Origin: a virus
Lineage: Duplodnaviria > Caudoviricetes
Direction: 5' to 3' (one strand)
Virus record (IMG/VR): IMGVR_UViG_3300030433_001013
Coordinates: 1 to 34,285 of that record
Length of the DNA: 34,285 nt
The notes under the pieces are model-generated. The model was not told the origin of the DNA. It saw only the letters and a list, made by a program, of their open reading frames with translations, and did not search any database. Position 1 is the stretch's first letter; every line of letters begins with the position of its first letter. This document shows positions 30,701-34,285 of this stretch, one piece after another. The translations under genes were made by a program, and so were the position numbers.

Positions 30701-32495
30701 AAAAATAACAAGGGTAAAAGAAGGTTATCCTGAGCCAACTAATAATTGGTATGTAGGCTCAATACCAGCAGACATGAATAATCTTACTGGAAAAATAGGT
30801 AGAAGACAATTTATACAAAATTGGATAAACAATAAAGATATAATATTTAGCAAAGACAATTTAAATAAAATTAGAGCTACATATGGTGATAATTTTGCTG
30901 ATGCTTTAGAGAATATATTATATCGTATGGAGAACGGTGGTAATAGAACAGTTAGCAAAGATAAATTAGTTAATAAATGGATGGACTGGATAAACGGTTC
31001 TGTTGGAGCTATCATGTTCTTTAATATGAGATCTGCTTTACTTCAAACTATATCTACAGTCAATTTTATAAATTGGTCAGATAATAATATATTTAAAGCC
31101 GCTGGAGCATTTGCTAATCAGCCGCAATTTTGGAAAGACTTTGCTATGCTATTTAATTCACCGATGTTAAAACAAAGAAGAGCTGGTTTAGCAACTGATG
31201 TGTCTGCATCAGAATTACAAAGAACATTTAAAGAAGGTGGTAATTCTTCTTTTCAAAAAGGACAAGCTGTAATTAGATATTTATTACAAATAGGTTTTAC
31301 TCCTACACAAATAGCAGATAGCTTTGCTATAGCTTTAGGTGGCGCTAGTTTTTATAGAAACAGATTTAAAAAATATATAAAAGAAGGTATGACAAGCGCT
31401 CAAGCTAATGAGCAGGCAATGTTAGACTTTCAAGAAATTGCTGAAGAAACTCAGCAGTCATCAAGAGAAGATTTAATATCACAACAACAAGCTAGTGTAC
31501 TAGGTCGTATGATATTAGCGTTTCAAAACGTTACAATGCAAATGGGTAGGTTAACTAAGAAAGCCTTAAGTGATTTAAAAAATGGAAGAGGTGATTTTAA
31601 AACTAATGTTTCTAAAATAATATATTATGGTGTAGTTCAGAATATTATATTTGCGTCATTACAGTCTGCTTTAGCTATGATAATGTGGGGTGATGATGAA
31701 GAAGAAATAACAGCAAGAACTGAAAGAGCCGCTAACCAAGCTTTAGACTCTTTCTTGCGTGGTACTGGTATATATGGAGCTATTATATCAACTATAAAAA
31801 ATACAATGATACAATGGAGTTATCAAAAACAAGCCAAGTTTGGTAGAGAAAAGGTAGAAAAAATAATACTAGAAGCTATTAGCATATCACCACCTATAGG
31901 CGCTAAAGCAAGAAAAATAGCATCAGCTTATTATTCAGATAAATATAATGAAGATATAAAAATGGGAATAAGAGTTGATAATCCTAGATTAAAAGGTTAT
32001 GCAACTTTAATTGAAGCTGTAACAAATATACCTTTAGCAAGAATAATGAATAAAGCTAATAATATAGAAGAAGCAATAACTGGTGATCATTTATTATGGC
32101 AAAAAGCTGCTATGCTAATGGGTTGGAATAGATGGGACTTAGGGCTAAAAGATGAAGAAGTAGAAGAAGCTAGAGAAGAAGCTAAAGAAACTAAAAAAGA
32201 AAAGAAAAAAATTGAAAAGATAGAAGAAAAGAAAAAAGAAGAAGAAGAAAAAAAGAAAAAAGGTATTAAGACGGTTAGATGTTCTGGAATAAGATCTAAT
32301 GGTACTAGATGTAAGATGACTACTGAAACAACAGCTAAAACTTTTCTGTGTGTTCATCACGCTGAATTTAAAGACGGCATGGATAGAGATGGCGATGGTA
32401 TAAAAGAATATAGATGTACAGCTATTAAATCTAACGGCCAAAGGTGTAAGAATAAAACAGAGAATAAAAACAAAAAGTGTTATGCTCACCAATAA
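21762..32495 (+). CDS. Giant (3577 aa) internal virion / polyvalent protein: zincin peptidase, sigma-like, HNH-like, HAD phosphatase with nested P-loop kinase, helical ejection domain, 2x CCCH Zn finger
   Basis: HEFIH (aa 1366) with downstream EE; FDFDDT (aa 2419-2424); GGAGSGKS (aa 2454); VLTAR; FADD; Gly-rich hydrophobic segments; C-terminal C-x9-C-x10/12-C-x2-H pair; position as the third ejection-type gene. Confidence 0.85.
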   Translation: MADLKNLDTYMVIINGKPYKKHIYKNNEQQKNQLLKQHPDAKLVLPETFEPGKSTGANQPQKNQKTNTVSSSVNISSDSSLEEIFKSAKQNVLLPEDTGDVGARVVTTLGDDAMQELRKRANSNNIETTVINPELKDKSGVEKTFSRLYTIEGFGTRTVKTLEEEQKMFLEFRDQNKYGFPVLKKSTTVYEDLAKKFEEKYEDDDIQSSIIKKETKVDENFFKYHNNPSAHQGGKDNEFGWDYVLSQPDGRAADILSKMYDYDTDGDGVNDFQFRSVAIGANSVEITAPNGQKKRVSTKWPNNEKKRNTIKGIKAWMENNKIVVDKKEKGTLIVREMDETVDNAQNEFDEAESTDKKGNLENQKLITTEVENSFFESYYNDGKHSIQMEEVLRDFAIKDYIKEKKENKDFDLDIFKSMHKDGTLYKDEEYNKHYKNKEKEYKQSIDKRLNILSSYTIGDIDKEEYLKQIEKLNDPYYNSLQDSMKQGYVKKKIQDYVDLSIRDTDESKEEIIPILKDIQKNARFKLERDKEKVLEISKSLESVNSVIKSNREEQKKINTILEEATKNSGIISAEKQKKEYEDLFKNSGLHTEEIVNANIEKITANLPSEEDFLKGVEEIKAKFPKFQQNLQQQLNNNLISLDQANARLKDYEEEINRELSIYQDNYNKKVTVIQEELNRYIDDQTSKGEAYTKEFNIIKDRNEAALEKYKNEIFEKTGQTPEDLNKKFTSLENKNKNLSNSYKAQYELLDELLEETDDLSMSMLGFEMKEEEAYRQVSYNGLANLASVTLEFFLEGAGHSLQYLADGKDFIIDKGGDLIGLSEDTKKIISQNTYLLGKYSLFDSDGIMSQNGKSAWSRTIRNIDNWQEKTYKSVIERPVTIEEARTTGNWLDYTNTLFIDQVPILLTISMTGGLSGLAALSLNAAGQDYYEKNKSLDLYERTGGLYGNNYSMSQMLVASTVNGIAEGAFEYTTAKILGKTGSILGLGGKGTKVAGKQILANYTKNSLLKGFNPKVLFRGVGGVLFEQFEEGLAESFTSMTQNFSNIVFAKEGDLTLANIFDGVDEAFISGALIAGTLQAPRVGGLALSPFSSPDTKSAINYNTDRLNQIAKEIDTENSKKSPDLKKIKDLNKQYAELVDVNGKLIELDIKRVDLLSNSEKKTLIEIERKNNNSRKQVKDILKDDSLTKEQKKTKLDKIKNEVNSRSKQKQDILKKYPPNVVDKNYKQQINTLRKMSKLAEKYGGVATRIVIEKTEDNYKERSKKYKAKEKGKTSAQVESNAAHFDAMIEGLNDVINDPDATPEEIQSAKELIKDAENQVRLSNNILQTDSYGVMQPIFEGGKIVGMDIVLNEQAIVKDGMFNTAAHEFIHATFRNTLKADPEMREILGTQLDNILSGDDVQFKPGKRSEFLRKVKSYPIDKQGEEAMAIASEMMFNGDIKFNQALGDKLIGVWRRFAQFHLKRDIKFNNQNDIKNFLIDYHKSISNNRVNPAIARMMAKGAKGKMFKDARTKKQKDSESMFSLAIKKNLDSNPDLKDSFDNFVQNDDGSPKHRSLDDFRASPEFHEGYNKIVDSKLLDGLIRQGMTELGLPAEALKDFTRKVKEEIGIRYLSNYDVTKNDSLFGWLTGISGGAGRSIIYRAKGDVMKQYTREGRAQDVSIDKQIGEAGTIADVIKADKDALMDQIDNVDMTPTRKRDLKNTIQDLKMAMEILNLPNDVRQSIIETVNAADVDLKGLSYKGIRDLLISTETKATTEKKATPTGPLFGVLNAIAAEFGIDPLRILAKQDLSSEQRVAAQQYIFNKAVNEDGTLNKDFVDMLPEGQDRSGRSTGIANTKLGEFYTKGQRAKMRAGATAAGLATQTKRTNITKAEFLNLFGINQDGTLQPGRKADGAIRELVVQLSALTANQQIRINAVNNSIAAESDIARIRDGMSESMFSEKLNNNEGNIEGGNLFQKLTNLQKQDQKKHLNIPYIVGVIGNVIDDSGNVVKLGQFAKQDKKGAYKGFKMIDLDAPYIDVNGKKTNITTGEYLKKVIKKILEIDPRAWQVLFTNMTGSVKRQSLMTRAHFIKEYGPDPTLDKNGKYNEAKYGPPLFVDRIKYTDKPKGSSIPVQDKQVIDNYKESDYKRKIPALIETFKVFERLLDPVNGNPEYHDFLALMISDTINNTASGATRIAAPTYFVLINPITGKIDYITEVVEEHATPQKKLVANVLFNAAKAGAVDQVAPLIESYFKQGGLAKLDDIAVGQNYGSDMPAAFYNSIIPMLQSGTFPSDLKDFAFLIRYSSPHKIKSKEAATALGVEVGDTYHINLNKYVVLAGKHKGKTFTEVFGVGMKGETSPEINAIQNELINLVLTGEITTEQAKSEFDRLVPENVKSYYQGLQKDKIKIENEIEQQRLERESSEMMSSKKTPKVQGLSVFDFDDTLGITKSGVLVKVPNLDGDPKPNRKVVFLAGGAGSGKSNVVKKLKLQGQGFKIVNSDISLEWLKKNSGLPADMKDLTKEQRSTLGKLGAESRKIARRKMMKYQGNGNGVIIDGTGGSMKQMQKLVKEFQDKGYDVSMLFVETSLETALDRNRKRKERTLLDSIVKRNHESVQNNKQGFKEMFGDNFMEVSTDNLTVNDPMPIELVSKMNAFTTSYEKLRIDATEFAEQGDALLEQGAEFDFTEFDQVVEGRPGPLLGKALERAKKYGTKDIFVLTARTQKSAEAIQQFLKSQGLDIPIENITGLANSTGDAKAQWMLGKFAEGYNDMYFADDALQNVEAVKEVLNQLDIKSDVVQAKLDQTNRIVETDSESMESKIIEPDINDPNRRDPIDKEFNDMIERKKKVDSAKIFTEAEARKRGSEGNIARFIKSLYIPPSAEDFKGLLYYFVGKGKQGDLDLKFFKEKLLDPFAKGIRSWNAYKQNMVVEYKALNKKFKDVVKSLNEKVPGSVFTVDNAIRVYLYDKAGHSIPGISEAQKRKLIKHVESNPSLQAYADGLSKITRVKEGYPEPTNNWYVGSIPADMNNLTGKIGRRQFIQNWINNKDIIFSKDNLNKIRATYGDNFADALENILYRMENGGNRTVSKDKLVNKWMDWINGSVGAIMFFNMRSALLQTISTVNFINWSDNNIFKAAGAFANQPQFWKDFAMLFNSPMLKQRRAGLATDVSASELQRTFKEGGNSSFQKGQAVIRYLLQIGFTPTQIADSFAIALGGASFYRNRFKKYIKEGMTSAQANEQAMLDFQEIAEETQQSSREDLISQQQASVLGRMILAFQNVTMQMGRLTKKALSDLKNGRGDFKTNVSKIIYYGVVQNIIFASLQSALAMIMWGDDEEEITARTERAANQALDSFLRGTGIYGAIISTIKNTMIQWSYQKQAKFGREKVEKIILEAISISPPIGAKARKIASAYYSDKYNEDIKMGIRVDNPRLKGYATLIEAVTNIPLARIMNKANNIEEAITGDHLLWQKAAMLMGWNRWDLGLKDEEVEEAREEAKETKKEKKKIEKIEEKKKEEEEKKKKGIKTVRCSGIRSNGTRCKMTTETTAKTFLCVHHAEFKDGMDRDGDGIKEYRCTAIKSNGQRCKNKTENKNKKCYAHQ
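21914..21942 (+). promoter_or_regulatory. Candidate -1 programmed ribosomal frameshift signal
   Basis: In-frame G_GGA_AAG heptamer (21914-21920), 6-nt spacer, GGGGC-GAATCA-GCCCC hairpin (21927-21942). Confidence 0.65.
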
Positions 32496-32498
32496 ACG

Positions 32499-32516
32499 TG
32501 TAATAATATTATAGTA
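32499..32516 (+). promoter_or_regulatory. Putative phage promoter motif, copy 3 (degenerate)
   Basis: TGTAATAATATTATAGTA matches TGTAACTATATAATAGTA at 15/18 positions; intergenic, before ATG 32535. Confidence 0.5.
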
Positions 32517-32534
32517 TAACAAAAACAAAAAAAT

Positions 32535-32714
32535 ATGATAAACTGGATTAATTCTTGGAAAGCAGGAAATAAAAAAGAAATATACGAATTAACGTTTAGA
32601 CTAGGAACATGGACTATATTTGAGCTTATGTTTTGTCCTTGCGCAAAGTGTGATAACAAAGGAACATGCCCTAGATTTAGATTTATGATTTTAAATTTTG
32701 GATTTGAGATATAA
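32535..32714 (+). CDS. Small 59-aa Cys-cluster protein (not in the ORF track)
   Basis: MINWINSWKAGNKKEIYELTFRLGTWTIFELMFCPCAKCDNKGTCPRFRFMILNFGFEI; A-rich start, and its TAA overlaps the next ATG (TAATG). Confidence 0.7.
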   Translation: MINWINSWKAGNKKEIYELTFRLGTWTIFELMFCPCAKCDNKGTCPRFRFMILNFGFEI

Positions 32715-32935
32715 TGAAATTTATAAACAGCGATCAAATAAAACATAGAAATGATTTAAAAGACGGTAAGGTTGTTAGCAAAGAAAGAGACAACCTTATC
32801 GCTGTGCCAGCTGGTACTACTGTATCTTTTGGTGATATGATAGAAAATAGAGGTAGATATTCTATAGTAATGACTGTTGTTAAAGACTTTGGTAGTGGTG
32901 ATGTATCTAAGTCAATAACACTAACTTTATCGTAA
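32714..32935 (+). CDS. Hypothetical protein
   Basis: 73 aa, TAATG-coupled on both sides. Confidence 0.6.
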   Translation: MKFINSDQIKHRNDLKDGKVVSKERDNLIAVPAGTTVSFGDMIENRGRYSIVMTVVKDFGSGDVSKSITLTLS

Positions 32936-33234
32936 TGGCAGCTATATATAAAAATATAACAGGAGCAGCAACTACTACAGTAATAACTAAAGCTAGTGGA
33001 GTTAGTGGTAATATTAGAAAAATATTAATAGCTAATGTAAATACTTCTAATGCTGTTACTATAACTGTTGATTTAAATGATGGTACGAATACTTATACTT
33101 TAATAAAAGAAATAGAAATACCAGTTAAATCAACTTTAGTATTAACAGACAATGTTTCTTTTGATAGCAGCATTTTTAATTTAAGAATAACAACGGCGGG
33201 AACTTCGCCTAACATAACAACAATAATAAAATAA
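32935..33234 (+). CDS. Small beta-sandwich protein, possibly structural
   Basis: 99 aa, T/I-rich alternating strands, TAATG-coupled. Confidence 0.55.
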   Translation: MAAIYKNITGAATTTVITKASGVSGNIRKILIANVNTSNAVTITVDLNDGTNTYTLIKEIEIPVKSTLVLTDNVSFDSSIFNLRITTAGTSPNITTIIK

Positions 33235-33842
33235 TGGAATTAAATAAAGACATAATAGAAAAAGCAGTAAAATGTAAAGGTTATAGATGGTTTGAAAATG
33301 GTGATTATAACCTTAATATAGTAGGTATTAGAAACTCTGATACTGGAAATGAAGTAACAAATAAGTTTGACGATAAAATTACTTTATCATTTAAATGTGA
33401 TGATCAATGGGAATTTTATTGTTACGATTGTACTACAGACCCCGGTAAGTATTGGGTGGAGAATATAATGAGAAAGGAAGGTGTGGCCGTCTTGAAGGAA
33501 GGACAGTTTCCTGGCTCACATAAAATTAGATTACATCAAGGTAGGTATGAAGCACTAGGTCAATGTAGACCAGTTACAGTTTACCGTGATGCTAATAGAG
33601 ACGGTAAGTTTGATTTAAGTGATGACAATACACAAACGGGTTTATTTGGAATTAATATACATAGAGCAACTAAGTGGGGCGGTAAAAAATCTACTAAGGT
33701 AGATAAATGGTCTGCTGGTTGCCAAGTAATAGCAGCTAATGATGATTGGCATGAGTTTATGGATATATGTAGAGTTGCTAGAGATAAGTGGGGTAATAGC
33801 TTTACTTATACATTATTAGAAAGTAACGATTTAGATATATAA
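33234..33842 (+). CDS. YkuD/L,D-transpeptidase-fold cell-wall enzyme (candidate endolysin)
   Basis: GINIH-x16-SAGCQ matches the H-x14-17-S-x-G-C catalytic motif; no signal peptide. Confidence 0.65.
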   Translation: MELNKDIIEKAVKCKGYRWFENGDYNLNIVGIRNSDTGNEVTNKFDDKITLSFKCDDQWEFYCYDCTTDPGKYWVENIMRKEGVAVLKEGQFPGSHKIRLHQGRYEALGQCRPVTVYRDANRDGKFDLSDDNTQTGLFGINIHRATKWGGKKSTKVDKWSAGCQVIAANDDWHEFMDICRVARDKWGNSFTYTLLESNDLDI

Positions 33843-33843
33843 A

Positions 33844-34285
33844 ATGAAACATTTATTATTATTATTTTTGCTAATAAGTACTATAAGTACGGCACAAATA
33901 AAAGACTTCTTTAAATTTTCAACTTTCTATACATCGATGTCTATGAATACATCGTTTGTTGAAAGAGAAAACTATAGAGCAGTTATGAAAGGTTATGAAG
34001 ACATAACTAAAATTAATGAGTATGACTATAACTTAACGTTAGGTCTGCGTAAAATAGCAAGATTTGATTATGAAACGAAAAGACAGACGTGGTATACAGG
34101 TACTGAAAGAAACACTGCAGATAACGTCACTATTGGTAATGCTAATGGCTGGGAGTATTTGTTTAATTATTCTTTTATACGTAATCGTGGTGAAAAGTTT
34201 ACTGAGCAAAATTTTTGGTTACGCTACCTCGGTGATTGGTTTGTGGTTAAAGCACAGTACACAGATAATGAAAGGGTAAATTTAA
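33844..34285 (+). CDS. Secreted protein with Sec signal peptide, 3'-partial; possible outer-membrane beta-barrel
   Basis: Open frame MKHLLLLFLLISTISTA|QIKDFFKFSTFY... to the window end; aromatic alternating strands (YDYNLTLGLRK, GWEYLFNYSF, NFWLRYLG, WFVVKAQY). Confidence 0.7.
   Translation, partial: MKHLLLLFLLISTISTAQIKDFFKFSTFYTSMSMNTSFVERENYRAVMKGYEDITKINEYDYNLTLGLRKIARFDYETKRQTWYTGTERNTADNVTIGNANGWEYLFNYSFIRNRGEKFTEQNFWLRYLGDWFVVKAQYTDNERVNL

Noticed and set aside
32150-32265. A/G-rich low-complexity tract that could look like a repeat array
   Set aside because: It is explained by coding for a Lys/Glu-rich linker and has no fixed repeat unit or spacers.
819-32746. All minus-strand ORFs in the track
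   Set aside because: They are antisense shadows of long plus-strand genes, with S/F/L/I-rich composition typical of reverse-complemented AT-rich coding DNA.
34064-34279. 71-aa hydrophobic ORF in the track
   Set aside because: It lies inside the longer signal-peptide ORF starting at 33844, which has a better start context and codon usage. A nested membrane protein cannot be fully excluded, but there is no lipobox.
1-34285. Stop-codon reassignment as seen in some crAss-like phages
   Set aside because: Long genes are intact under the standard code, and TAG (20092-20094) and TGA (e.g. 2218-2220, 4669-4671) act as ordinary stops.
1-34285. tRNA, CRISPR array, integrase/transposase, intron or intein
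   Set aside because: Intergenic gaps are too short and no such motifs were recognised; TerL, portal and MCP appear uninterrupted. A covariance or profile search would be needed to be certain.

Overview
AT-rich, densely coding, all-plus-strand virion morphogenesis region of a tailed dsDNA phage (standard genetic code). Gene order and motifs point to a podovirus-like, crAss-related or marine Flavobacteria-phage architecture: holin-like gene (partial), tandem GroES-like protein, putative TerS, TerL, long portal, scaffold, major capsid protein, two ring/adaptor proteins, a 1934-aa tail stabilisation (muzzle) protein, tail proteins, two small ejection-type proteins, a 3577-aa giant internal protein, a YkuD-like cell-wall enzyme and a secreted protein (partial). 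A Bacteroidota host is inferred from A-rich starts with no Shine-Dalgarno sequence and a Q-rule signal peptide. The most interesting element is the giant gene (21762-32495). It starts with a candidate -1 ribosomal frameshift signal (G_GGA_AAG, 6-nt spacer, GC hairpin) that would give an 81-aa alternative product. It encodes a zincin protease followed by three modules of about 400 aa, each bounded by a repeated S-E-[S/M]-M-x-S linker: a sigma-factor-like module, an HNH-like module, and a HAD phosphatase with a P-loop kinase nested inside. This suggests an injected, possibly self-cleaving effector polyprotein. A near-identical promoter-like motif occurs three times, in intergenic gaps at module boundaries. 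All family assignments come from motif recognition by eye; no searches were run.
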